Source: an uncultured Gaiellaceae bacterium
GTDB lineage: Bacteria > Actinomycetota > Thermoleophilia > Gaiellales > Gaiellaceae
NCBI GenBank assembly: GCA_963822205.1
Contig: CAWGGO010000009.1
Location: 40,314-104,313, forward strand
Length of the DNA: 64,000 nt
Direction of reading: 5' to 3'
The notes beneath the pieces are model-generated. The model saw nothing but the letters and a program-made list of their open reading frames with translations, made no database searches and was not told the DNA's origin. Made by a program: the position numbers and the translations under genes. The first letter of the stretch is position 1, and the number at the start of each line of letters is the position of its first letter. Positions 9,797 through 18,550 of this stretch are shown here, one piece after another.

Positions 9797-11585
9797 GTAC
9801 CTCCGCGGTGTCGCGCGACACCAGCGACGCGTAGCGGCCGCCGGCGACGATCAACTCCTCGTGCGTGCCGATCTCCGCTACCCGGCCCCGGTCGAGCACG
9901 ATGATCTGGTCGGCATCGCGCACGGTCGACAGCCGGTGCGCGATCGCGATCGTCGTCCGACCTTCGGCAAGGCGCTCGAGCGCCTCCTGCACCGCCCGCT
10001 CGGTCTGCGTGTCCAGCGCCGAGGTCGCCTCGTCGAGGACGAGGATCGGCGGGTTGCGCAGGATCGTCCGCGCGATCGCGATCCGCTGCCGCTCGCCGCC
10101 GGAGAAGCGGTAGCCCCGCTCGCCGACGACCGTCTCGTAGCCCTCGGGCAGCGTGGCGATCAGGGCGTGGATCTGAGCCGCGCGCGCCGCCTCCTCGACC
10201 TCCTCGTCGGTCGCGTCGGGGCGGGCGAAGCGAAGGTTCTCGCGCACCGTCGCGTGGAAGAGATACGTCTCCTGCGAGACGACGCCGACTGCGTCCGCCA
10301 GCGACTCGAAGGTGAGCTCGCGGACGTCGACCCCGTCGATGGTCACCCTCCCCTTGGTCACGTCGTACAGGCGCGCGACGAGATAGCCGGCGGTCGTCTT
10401 GCCCGAGCCCGTCTCTCCGACGAGCGCCGTCTTCGTCCCCGCCGGCACCTCGAACGACACGTCCTGCAGCGTCCAGGCGGCGTCGTCGTAGCGGAACCAG
10501 ACCTCCTCGAAGGCCACGTCACCGCGCGGGTTCTCGAGCGTCCGCGTCCCCTCCTCGATGTCGACCGGCTGGTCGAGGTACTCGAAGACCCGGTCGAAGA
10601 GCGCGAGCGACGTCTGCACGTCGAGCGAGACGCCGAGCAGGGAGCCGACCGGGAAGAAGAGTCGCGCCTGCAGCGTCGTGAACGCGATCACGGTTCCGAT
10701 CGAGACGGCGCCCGCGTAGTGGCCGGCGAACAGGTAGACGAGCGCGGGCATGACCGCGAACGAGGTCTGGATCGACGCCATCATCCAGCGGCCCGTCATC
10801 CGGCTGCGCACCTCGAGGTCGGCGAGGCGGGCCGACTCGTCCTCGAAGCGGGTGGCCAGCTCGCCGGCGCGCCCCATCGTCTTGCCGAGCAGGATCCCCG
10901 AGACCGAGAGCGACTCCTGCACGAGGCTCGAGATGTCGGCCATCGACTCCTGCCGCACCTTCGCCACCTTGCGGCGCTGGTCGCCGACCCGCTTCGTCAG
11001 CCAGACGAAGAGCGGCAGCAGCGCCAGCGCGAACAGCGTCAGCCGCCAGTCGAGCACGAACATCGCCACAACCGTCGCCAGGACGGTGGTCACGTTCGAG
11101 ACGATCGACGTCGCGGTCGAGGTGACGACCTGCTGGACGCCGCCGATGTCGTTCGCGAGCCGAGACTGCACCTCGCCGGTGCGGGTGCGCGTGAAGAAGG
11201 CGAGCGAGAGCCGCTGCAGGTGCTTGTACACGGCCGTGCGCAGGTCGTGCATGACACGCTGGCCGACCTGGTTCGAGAGCAGCGTCTGGACGACGCCGAG
11301 CACGCCGGTGACGACGGCGATCGCGATCATCGCCGCAACAAGCAGGTTCAGCAGGCGCAGGTCATGCTCGGGGAGCGCGGTGTCGAAGACCTCCTTGATC
11401 AGGAAGGCCGGGACCGATCCGAGCGCGGAGGAGACGACGATCAGCCCGAGCACGCCGGAGAGCCGGGCTCGGTACGGGCGGAAGAGGACGGCGATCCGGC
11501 GCAGGTACGCGCGGCGGACGGCCGGATCGGCCGGCCGCTCCGGCGGCTCCATCGAGTCGAAGTCGTGAGACCGTCCTCTGGGCAT
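9786..11585 (-). CDS. ABC exporter, fused permease/ATPase (MsbA/multidrug-type)
   Basis: This is an intact 599-aa ORF with six predicted TM segments followed by an NBD. Motifs are GETGSGKTT (Walker A), FSGGERQRIAIAR (signature) and ILVLDEATSALD (Walker B). Confidence 0.9.
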   Translation of the reverse strand: MPRGRSHDFDSMEPPERPADPAVRRAYLRRIAVLFRPYRARLSGVLGLIVVSSALGSVPAFLIKEVFDTALPEHDLRLLNLLVAAMIAIAVVTGVLGVVQTLLSNQVGQRVMHDLRTAVYKHLQRLSLAFFTRTRTGEVQSRLANDIGGVQQVVTSTATSIVSNVTTVLATVVAMFVLDWRLTLFALALLPLFVWLTKRVGDQRRKVAKVRQESMADISSLVQESLSVSGILLGKTMGRAGELATRFEDESARLADLEVRSRMTGRWMMASIQTSFAVMPALVYLFAGHYAGAVSIGTVIAFTTLQARLFFPVGSLLGVSLDVQTSLALFDRVFEYLDQPVDIEEGTRTLENPRGDVAFEEVWFRYDDAAWTLQDVSFEVPAGTKTALVGETGSGKTTAGYLVARLYDVTKGRVTIDGVDVRELTFESLADAVGVVSQETYLFHATVRENLRFARPDATDEEVEEAARAAQIHALIATLPEGYETVVGERGYRFSGGERQRIAIARTILRNPPILVLDEATSALDTQTERAVQEALERLAEGRTTIAIAHRLSTVRDADQIIVLDRGRVAEIGTHEELIVAGGRYASLVSRDTAEVLSG

Positions 11586-11632
11586 CTCTCACAGGGTACG
11601 GAGCGCGGGAAGGCTCGCGCTGTGCCCCGGGA

Positions 11633-12206
11633 TCACAAGCTCTCGACGCGCTCCTGCAGGATCCGGGTGAGCTCGCGCGCCGCGGCGACCGTCGGCTGCG
11701 AGCGCTCGACGGGAATCGGCTCGCCGACGACGATCCGGATGCGAGGCAGGCCGACGCGCCCGCGCGACAGGGCGCGCCCGGTACCGACGATCCGGACCGG
11801 CACGAGCGGAACGCCCGTCGCGAGCGCGAGCCGCGCTGCGCCCCGCGTCCAGGTAGTGCCGCTCACCGAGCCCTCCGGGAAGATCGCCACCGGCTCCCCG
11901 GCCCGGATCAGCTCCACCGCCCGGCCGATCGCGACGTAACCCTCGCGACCGCGCGCGACGGGCACCGCGCCGAGGGCCTCCATCAGCCAGGCGCCCGGCC
12001 GGTAGCGCCAGAGCTCCTCCTTCGCCAGGAAGCGCAGCGGCCGCTTCGTGGTGAGCGCGAGCAGCGGCGGGTCGAGCACCGACTCGTGGTTGGCCGTCAC
12101 CACGCAGGGCGCCCGGCGGGATCCGGCCGACGATCTCGATCCGCCACAGCAGGCGAGCGATCAGCAGCACCGGCCACCAGATGCCGTGGTAGAGACCTAC
12201 GCGCAA
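11633..12206 (-). CDS. plsC: 1-acyl-sn-glycerol-3-phosphate acyltransferase family
   Basis: Motifs are NHESVLDPP (HX4D box), FPEGS and VPLVPV. The N-terminus (TTG)RVGLYHGIWWPVLLIARLLWRIEIVGRIPPGA lies in another frame, with a switch near 12110. Confidence 0.7.
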
Positions 12207-12856
12207 AACCGCTCCAACTCCTCGCCGACGAGCTCGGCCCAGCGGCCGGCACGCGGCATCGGCACCGTGCCGCCCCAGGGGGCGCGCAAGGCGATCGGGT
12301 GGATCGCGCCGTCGATCACCGTGCGCTCCGCGTCGACGCCTCGTGCGCGCGCCCGCTCGTAGCCGCGCAGGGAGAGCTCGGGGCGGACACCCGGGAGCCC
12401 GGGCAAGCCGCGGTCGAGCGAGCCGTGCAGGACGGCGAAGCGGCGGCCGTCGAGCGGAGAGACGTCGAGCTCGGGATAGAGCCACGGCGCGAGCGCGATC
12501 ACCGTCGAGACCGCCGGATCGCCGGCGACGTGCACCGAGACGGCGCCGCCCATCGAGAAGCCGAGCAGCGCGACCTCGTCCGCACCCGCCTCGCGCGCCA
12601 CCGCCACCCCAGCGCGCGCATCCTCGATGCACGATTCCAGCTGCCGCCACGACTTGACGCGGTAGCGGACCTCGAGAAACGCCAGAGCGGGATGGCCCGC
12701 GGACAGCCGCCGCACGAGCCATTCGACCGAGGCGCTCCAGGTTCCCGGCACCTCGGCGGCGGTGCCGCCGTTGACGCAGACGACCGCTCGACGACCGGGT
12801 TCGCCGGTCCAGCGGGCTTCGGCGCCGGTTGCGAGTGCAAAGGACACAGGCCCGAC
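12197..12856 (-). CDS. Alpha/beta-hydrolase fold protein
   Basis: The C-terminal ~215 aa of ORF 12197..13258(-) include a nucleophile elbow, LLGFSMGGAVS. The upstream part of that ORF is antisense to xerC and is not credible. The start was chosen at an internal GTG. Confidence 0.55.
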   Translation of the reverse strand, partial: VGPVSFALATGAEARWTGEPGRRAVVCVNGGTAAEVPGTWSASVEWLVRRLSAGHPALAFLEVRYRVKSWRQLESCIEDARAGVAVAREAGADEVALLGFSMGGAVSVHVAGDPAVSTVIALAPWLYPELDVSPLDGRRFAVLHGSLDRGLPGLPGVRPELSLRGYERARARGVDAERTVIDGAIHPIALRAPWGGTVPMPRAGRWAELVGEELERFCA

Positions 12857-12875
12857 TCTAGGGAAATCGCCCAGG

Positions 12876-13709
12876 GTGGATACCGCGACTGCGATCGATC
12901 GCTTCCTCGCCTCGCCTGCTCTGGCCGAGTCGACGCGGCGCGCGTACGCCTCCGACCTGCGCGGCTTCGAGGACTGGCTCGCACGCCGCGGGACCGACGT
13001 CGAGGAGATCGACGTCCGCGTGCTGGTCGAGTACGCGTCCGAGCTCGGCCGCGCCCGGAACGGGCTCGCGCCGGCGACGATCGGCCGGAAGCTCGCCGCC
13101 GTCCGCTCGTTCCTCCGCTTCACGCTCGGCCCGACGCGTGTCCCCGACGCGTCACTCGGGCCACGGCGCCCGCAGCGGTTGCCCGAGGCGCCGAAGCGCG
13201 CGGAGATCGAGTCGATCCTGGACGCGCTCGAGGGCGACGGAGCGCTCGGCCTGCGCAACCGCGCTCTCGTCGAGCTCGTCTACTCCGCCGGGCTCCGGAG
13301 CGCGGAGGCGGTCGGCCTCGACCTCGGCGACGTCGACTTCGAGCAGGAGCACGTGCGCGTCCGCGGGAAGGGCGGCAAGGAGCGCGTGGTGCCGCTCGGC
13401 GAGGAGGCGTCGCACGTCGTCGCGCTCTACCTGCGAGACGGCCGGCCGGAGCTCGCGCGCGGCGCCAACGACGCGCTCTTCCTCTCCGTGCGGGGCAGGC
13501 GCCTCGACACGAGCACGCTCCGCCGGCTCCTCCCCCACCCGCACCGCTTGCGCCACTCGTTCGCGACGCACCTGCTCGAGGGCGGCGCCGATCTGAGGAC
13601 GATCCAGGAGCTGCTCGGGCACTCGTCGCTCTCGACCACGCAGGTCTACAGCCATGTGGACGCGAAACGTCTCCGGAAGGTCTATGACTTCTCCCACCCT
13701 CGCTCCTGA
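12876..13709 (+). CDS. xerC: Tyrosine recombinase XerC-like
   Basis: Segments are RALVELVYSAGLRSAE, VRGKGGKERVVPLG and HRLRHSFATHLLEGGADLRTIQELLGHSSLSTTQVYSHV (R..HxxR..Y catalytic residues). Confidence 0.85.
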   Translation: MDTATAIDRFLASPALAESTRRAYASDLRGFEDWLARRGTDVEEIDVRVLVEYASELGRARNGLAPATIGRKLAAVRSFLRFTLGPTRVPDASLGPRRPQRLPEAPKRAEIESILDALEGDGALGLRNRALVELVYSAGLRSAEAVGLDLGDVDFEQEHVRVRGKGGKERVVPLGEEASHVVALYLRDGRPELARGANDALFLSVRGRRLDTSTLRRLLPHPHRLRHSFATHLLEGGADLRTIQELLGHSSLSTTQVYSHVDAKRLRKVYDFSHPRS

Positions 13710-14616
13710 TCCTGAGCTCGACGGCTTCCTCGCGCTTCTCGCGACGCGGCGGGCGCCGCGCACCGTGGACGCGTACCGGCGCGATCTCGCGCAGCTCTCG
13801 GCGTGGCGAAAGGGCCCGGTCGGCGAGACGACGACCGAGGAGCTCGAGCGCTGGCTGGCCGAGCTGCGCGCCGCCGGCCTCGCCGCGTCGACCGTCGCGC
13901 GGCGGATCGCCGCTCTGCGCTCCTTCTTCCGGCACCAGATGCTGCTCGGCGCGCGCGACGACAATCCCGCCGCCGCGCTCCAGCTCCCCCGCCGCGCCCG
14001 GACGCTGCCGCGCACGCTCTCGCCTGCCGAGGCCGAGCGGCTGATCGACGCCGCCAACGGCACGACGCCGCGCGCGATGCGCGACCGGGCGCTCGTCGAG
14101 CTGATGTACGGCTCGGGCCTCCGCGTCAGCGAGGCGACCGGACTGCACCGGCGCTCGGTCGATCTCGAGGACCGGCTCGTCCGCGCGCTCGGGAAGGGCT
14201 CGAAGGAGCGCGTCGTTCCGCTCGGCCGGCCCGCAGTCGACGCGCTGCGCCGCTACATCGCGATGGGCCGGCCACACCTCGATCGCCGCAACCGGCCGGA
14301 GTTGTTCCTGAACGCGCGCGGAGGGCCGCTCACCCGCGCCGGCGCGTTCCTGATCCTGCGCCGGCTCGCCGAGAAGGCCGGCCTCGAGCCGCAGCGCGTG
14401 CACCCGCACCTGCTGCGGCACTCCTTTGCGACGCATCTGCTCGAGGGAGGCGCCGACCTGCGCAGCGTCCAGGAGATGCTCGGCCACGCCGATCTGTCGA
14501 CGACCGAGCTCTACACGCACGTATCCGATCGGCGCCGTCGGGAGTTGTACTTCCGAGCGCACCCTCATGCGCGACGACGTACGACCTCGCAAAGGACGTC
14601 ACCCGATGATGGTTGA
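13684..14616 (+). CDS. xerD: Tyrosine recombinase XerD-like
   Basis: Segments are RALVELMYGSGLRVSEATGL, GKGSKERVVPLG and HLLRHSFATHLLEGGADLRSVQEMLGHADLSTTELYTHV. The ATG lies 26 nt before the xerC stop. Confidence 0.85.
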   Translation: MTSPTLAPDPELDGFLALLATRRAPRTVDAYRRDLAQLSAWRKGPVGETTTEELERWLAELRAAGLAASTVARRIAALRSFFRHQMLLGARDDNPAAALQLPRRARTLPRTLSPAEAERLIDAANGTTPRAMRDRALVELMYGSGLRVSEATGLHRRSVDLEDRLVRALGKGSKERVVPLGRPAVDALRRYIAMGRPHLDRRNRPELFLNARGGPLTRAGAFLILRRLAEKAGLEPQRVHPHLLRHSFATHLLEGGADLRSVQEMLGHADLSTTELYTHVSDRRRRELYFRAHPHARRRTTSQRTSPDDG

Positions 14617-14828
14617 CCCTCACATCGTGACCTTCGTCGCCCTCGCGATGGCGATCGGCTACACGATGTGTCTTCTCGGGCCTGAAGAAGCACGTGCTCG
14701 AGCTCAAGCACCGCCGGCGCATCTGCCCGTCGTGCGGCCGCCAGATCGACGGCCCCGTCTGCCGCAAGCCACTAGACGCAGCGCGCGCACCGCATCCTCT
14801 GAGGCTTGCGTCGGCTCCACGAGCGTGA
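14606..14828 (+). CDS. Possible small membrane/zinc-ribbon protein (needs a 1-nt frame repair)
   Basis: ATGATG overlaps the xerD stop. The start reads MMVDPHIVTFVALAMAIGYTMCLLG (a TM helix). Dropping one G near 14681 gives LKKHVLELKHRRRICPSCGRQIDGPVCRK. The 3' end is uncertain and overlaps the purK 3' end. Confidence 0.25.
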
Positions 14829-15767
14829 TGTGGCCGAGCTTTCTCCCGGCCGTGGCTCCTTGCCGTAGAGGTGGAGGTGCGCGCCGGGAATCCGTAGAAC
14901 GTCCTCGGTCCTCGGCACCGAGCCGATCAGGTTCACGAGCAGCGACGGCCGCGACTCGGTCGAGCCGAGCGGCAGGCCGAGGATCGCGCGCAGGTGGTTC
15001 TCGAACTGGCTCGTCGCGGCGCCCTCGATCGTCCAGTGGCCGGTGTTGTGCACGCGGGGCGCGAACTCGTTCGCCAGCAGCGTGCCGCCGACATCGAACA
15101 GCTCGAGCGCGAGCACGCCGACGTAACCAAGCTCGTCGAGCAGTCGCCTCGCGTGCTCCTCCGCCTGCGCCTGCGGCGCGTTCTCTGCGGGCGCGCGCGA
15201 GGTGCGCAGGATGCCGTCGTCGTGCACGTTCTCGACGAGCGGCCAGAAGCGCGTGTCGCCGTCGCGCCCGCGCACGGCGAGCAGGGAAAGCTCGCGGTCG
15301 AAAGCGACCCGTTCCTCCAGGACGTGTCCGGGGACTGTCCCCGGACGTGTCTCCACCAGACGCTGGCCCTTTCCGTCGTAGCCGAGCCGCCGGGACTTCA
15401 GGAGCGCGGGAAATGTCTCCACCTCGTCGTCGATCCGGGTGGTCGGGATCCCGAGCCGCCGAAACACCTGCTTCTCGACCAGCCGGTCCTGGGACGCCTC
15501 GAGCGCGGCCGCAGCCGGGATCGCCCCAACTCGCCGCGCCGCCTCGACCGGGACGTTCTCGAACTCGTACGTGACGGCGTCAGCACCGTCCGCCAGCCGG
15601 TCGAGCAGCTCCGGATCGTCGTAGGCGCCGACGAGCAGCTCCCCAACCTCGCCGGCGGGCGCGTCGGCGGCCGGATCGAGGAACCGAAACGAGAGCCCGA
15701 GCGGGATTCCCGCCAGCGCCAGCATGCGCCCGAGCTGGCCTCCCCCGATGACGCCGACCGTGGCCAA
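14772..15767 (-). CDS. purK: N5-carboxyaminoimidazole ribonucleotide synthase
   Basis: Segments are (TTG)ATVGVIGGGQLGRML.., ATP-grasp region LKSRRLGYDGKGQ, and HNTGHWTIEG. The C-terminus switches frame near 14850 (..YGKEPRPGRKLGHITLV). An in-frame TAA four codons upstream makes TTG the only possible start. Confidence 0.85.
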   Translation of the reverse strand: MATVGVIGGGQLGRMLALAGIPLGLSFRFLDPAADAPAGEVGELLVGAYDDPELLDRLADGADAVTYEFENVPVEAARRVGAIPAAAALEASQDRLVEKQVFRRLGIPTTRIDDEVETFPALLKSRRLGYDGKGQRLVETRPGTVPGHVLEERVAFDRELSLLAVRGRDGDTRFWPLVENVHDDGILRTSRAPAENAPQAQAEEHARRLLDELGYVGVLALELFDVGGTLLANEFAPRVHNTGHWTIEGAATSQFENHLRAILGLPLGSTESRPSLLVNLIGSVPRTEDVLRIPGAHLHLYGKEPRPGESSATSRSWSRRKPQRMRCARCV

Positions 15768-15788
15768 GTAACAGACTGTTACTTGGCC
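15762..15788. repeat. 27-nt perfect palindrome GGCCAAGTAACAG-A-CTGTTACTTGGCC (copy A of a 3-copy element)
   Basis: The palindrome was read directly from the sequence. On the minus (coding) strand it reads GCC AAG TAA CAG TCT GTT ACT TGG CC. This contains the purE stop TAA (15781..15779) and the purK TTG start (15767..15765). Its 23-nt core is identical to 26569..26591. Confidence 0.9.
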
Positions 15789-16267
15789 GGATCGGGATTC
15801 GCGAGCACGGCCTCGGTCTGCTCGGCGCGGTACCGGGCGAGGCGCTCGCGGACGCCCTCGTCCGAGCGCGCGACGATCGACGCGGCGAGCAGCGCGGCGT
15901 TGACGGCGCCGGCGCGGCCGATCGCGAGCGTGCCGACCGGAACGCCCGCGGGCATCTGCACGATCGAGAGCAGCGAGTCCATCCCCTTCAGCGTCTTCGA
16001 CTCGACCGGGACGCCGAGCACGGGCAGCGCCGTCTTCGCCGCGGCCATCCCGGGCAGGTGGGCGGCGCCTCCGGCGCCGGCGATCAGCACCTGCAGCCCG
16101 CGGGCCTCCGCGCTCGCGGCGTACTCGAAGAGCAGGTCCGGCGTGCGGTGCGCGGAAACGACCTGCTGCTCGAACGGAACGTCGAGCGCCTCCAGCGTCT
16201 CGCAGGCGTGGCGCATCGTCTCCCAGTCGGAGCGCGAGCCCATGATCACCCCGACGAGCGCTTTCAC
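15779..16267 (-). CDS. purE: N5-carboxyaminoimidazole ribonucleotide mutase
   Basis: Segments are [22 protein letters not shown] and [17 protein letters not shown]. The start was placed at the internal GTG ([10 protein letters not shown]). Confidence 0.9.
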   Translation of the reverse strand: MKALVGVIMGSRSDWETMRHACETLEALDVPFEQQVVSAHRTPDLLFEYAASAEARGLQVLIAGAGGAAHLPGMAAAKTALPVLGVPVESKTLKGMDSLLSIVQMPAGVPVGTLAIGRAGAVNAALLAASIVARSDEGVRERLARYRAEQTEAVLANPDPAK

Positions 16268-16305
16268 CCTCCCATCATGACCTGTGACGAGGCTAGCCTC
16301 CTCGT

Positions 16306-16963
16306 GTGACCGTCGAGGCTCCGCTGCCGCCACGGCCGGCCGAGATCGAGGCGACGCTCGACCGGGCCGGTTTGGACGACGTCACCCGGGAGCGCCGGGT
16401 CGAGGAGCTCGAGCTCGACGGCCTCGACCTCGCCGGTCTCTCTCTGCACAACCTGCGCCTGCGCGCGAGCCGCCTCCGCGGGGTCGATCTCACCGGGACG
16501 GCGATGGCCGGGCTCGATCTCGCCGATGTCGTCGTCCACGAGGGCAGCTGGGCCAACGCCGGCGCCGCCGAGGCCAGGATCGTCCGCCTCGAGGCAACCG
16601 GGCTCCGTGGCACGGGAGCCCAGTTTGCCGAGGCGACCTTTGCCGACTGCACGTTCGCGGACTGCCGGCTCGACCTGACCTCGTTCCGCTTCGCGCAGCT
16701 CGAACGGGTCGTCTTCAGGGATTGCAGGCTCGACGAGGCGGACTTCCACGGTGCAACGCTTCGCTCGGTGCGCTTCGAACGGTGCGTGCTCGTCCGGGCG
16801 AGCGTGGATGCAGCGAGCTTCGACCGCTGCGAGATTCGAGACTGTGAGCTCGGCCGAGCTGGTCGGCGTGGAGCGTCTGCGCGGCACGCGGATGCCGTGG
16901 CCGGATGTCGTCCAGATCGCCGGGCTGCTCGCCGCAGCGAACGGGATCGACGTCGTCGACTAG
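16306..16963 (+). CDS. Pentapeptide-repeat protein
   Basis: Runs of A(D/N)LxX-type pentapeptides are present, e.g. [36 protein letters not shown] and [41 protein letters not shown]. The C-terminus continues in the frame of ORF 16751..16963, with a switch near 16850. Confidence 0.7.
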
Positions 16964-17454
16964 GAGCGGCCCTTCTTCGTCAGCGCGGCCGCGACGGCCT
17001 TTGCGGTCTTGCGCACGTCCGCCTCCTGCTCGTCGTCGTCGGCCAGGCCGTTGAGGATCAGGATCGTCTCGCGCTGCGCCGAGCCGTTCTTCAGGCAGAC
17101 GATCGCGAGCCGGCGGACGGCCATGTTCGGATCGTTCGACGCCAGCTCGTGCAGCAGCGCCCGCATCGCGTTCACGTCGCCCGGGTGGTCGCGGGAGAGC
17201 CCTTCGAGCGCGATCAACGCCGAGCCGCGCGCGGCCGGGCTTTCGTCCTGCAGCCCGCGCCGGACGAGTTCGAGCTTCTGGCGGAAGCGGAACTGCGCGA
17301 TCGCGCGGTAGGCCTGGGCGCGGACGCGGTAGTCGGCGTTCCGGGCGGCATGCTCGAGCTCCTCGTCCCACTGCTGCCGCAGCGTCGCGAGCCCGCGCTG
17401 GTCACCCGCGGCCGCAAGCTCGTCGGCCTGCTGCGCGGCTTCCTGGAGCGTCAT
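16960..17454 (-). CDS. HEAT-repeat-like helical protein
   Basis: The sequence MTLQEAAQQADELAAAGD..RAQAYRAIAQF..ARGSALIALEGL..VRRLAIVCLKN..DVRKTAKAVAAAL shows HEAT/armadillo-like periodicity. Its ATG overlaps the stop of the upstream citrate synthase (ATGA). Confidence 0.55.
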   Translation of the reverse strand: MTLQEAAQQADELAAAGDQRGLATLRQQWDEELEHAARNADYRVRAQAYRAIAQFRFRQKLELVRRGLQDESPAARGSALIALEGLSRDHPGDVNAMRALLHELASNDPNMAVRRLAIVCLKNGSAQRETILILNGLADDDEQEADVRKTAKAVAAALTKKGRS

Positions 17455-18536
17455 CCGATCGACGAGGCCGGGCGCGGACCGGGCCCGACGTACTTCGCGG
17501 ACGGCCGGACGAGCCGGTTCAGCTTCTTCTGCTCGAGGATGTGCGCCGACCAGCCCGCCGTGCGGGAGCAGGCGAACATGGCGGGGGCGAGCTGCGGCGG
17601 CACGTCGGCGACGTCGAGGACGACCGCCGACCAGAACTCGACGTTCGTCTCCAGCGGCCGATCGGGAGACTTCTTCCGCAGCGCGGCCAGCGCAGCCTGC
17701 TCGAGCTTGTAGGCGACCTCGAAGCGCGGCGAGCCGAGCTCCTTGGCGGTGCCCTTGAGCAGGCGGGCGCGCGGGTCCTCGGCGCGGTAGACGCGGTGGC
17801 CGAAGCCCATCAGCCGCTCGCCCTTCTCGATCAGGCTCTCGACGTAGGCCTCGGGGTCGCCGGACTCGGCGGCCGCATCGAGCATCGGCAGCACCCGGGC
17901 GGGTGCGCCGCCGTGCAGCGGGCCCGAGAGCGCGCCGACGGCGGACGAGAGCGCCGCCGCGCAGTCCGAGCCCGTGGACGCGGTGATCCGGGCGACGAAG
18001 GTCGAGGCGTTGAGGCCGTGCTCGCAGGTGCAGATCCAGTAGGTGTCGATCGCCTGGACGTGCTTCGGGTCGGCCTCGCCGCGCCATTCGAGCAGGAAGC
18101 GCTCCGCGGTCGTCTTCCCCTGCGCGATCACGGCCGGATCGACGCGATCGGTCTTGCCGTCGGCCAGCCGCGCCGACTGGGCCGCGATCGAGATGAACTG
18201 CGCCGAGGTGCGGCGCAGGTCCTCGCGCGCCTCGTCGTCGGTGATGTCGATCAGCTTCTTCAGGCTCCACTCGCCGCCGACGCGCGCCGTCACGGACTGG
18301 AGATCGGCGGGCGTGTTCCCGGTCAGGCCGCCGCCCTCGTAGGGCTCTGCGACCGGCAGGCCGGGCTCGAAGCTCTCGTCGACGAGCAGGCCCCACACCT
18401 GCTCGAACCGGTACTCGCCGACCAGCTCCTCGATGTCGACGCCGCGGTAGCGCAGCGACCCACCGTCGCGGTCCGGCTCGGCGATCTCCGTCTCGAACGC
18501 GACGACACCCTCGAGCCCCGGCTTGAAGTCGTTCAT
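17451..18536 (-). CDS. Citrate synthase family protein (second of a tandem pair)
   Basis: This is an intact 361-aa protein (362 codons with stop). Segments are MNDFKPGLEGVVAFETEIA, HGLNASTF, GPLHGGA and MGFGHRVYRAEDPR. The catalytic His/His/Asp context is typical of citrate synthases. Confidence 0.9.
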   Translation of the reverse strand: MNDFKPGLEGVVAFETEIAEPDRDGGSLRYRGVDIEELVGEYRFEQVWGLLVDESFEPGLPVAEPYEGGGLTGNTPADLQSVTARVGGEWSLKKLIDITDDEAREDLRRTSAQFISIAAQSARLADGKTDRVDPAVIAQGKTTAERFLLEWRGEADPKHVQAIDTYWICTCEHGLNASTFVARITASTGSDCAAALSSAVGALSGPLHGGAPARVLPMLDAAAESGDPEAYVESLIEKGERLMGFGHRVYRAEDPRARLLKGTAKELGSPRFEVAYKLEQAALAALRKKSPDRPLETNVEFWSAVVLDVADVPPQLAPAMFACSRTAGWSAHILEQKKLNRLVRPSAKYVGPGPRPASSIG

Positions 18537-18550
18537 GGCGGGACCGTACC

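Noticed and set aside
12876-14616. Tandem tyrosine recombinases as the integrase module of a prophage or integrative element
   Set aside because: There are no phage, conjugation or transposition genes, no flanking tRNA and no direct repeats visible nearby. The neighbours are housekeeping genes (plsC, purK/purE). The sequences look XerC/XerD-like.
15762-15788. The palindrome as a known LexA, NtcA/CRP, PurR (E. coli) or NrdR operator
   Set aside because: The half-sites and spacing do not fit the consensuses I remember. The element reads GTA-N9-TAC rather than GTA-N8-TAC, ACAG-N-CTGT is the inverse arrangement of CTGT-N8-ACAG, and there is no GAAC/GTTC core. I kept it as an unassigned element instead.
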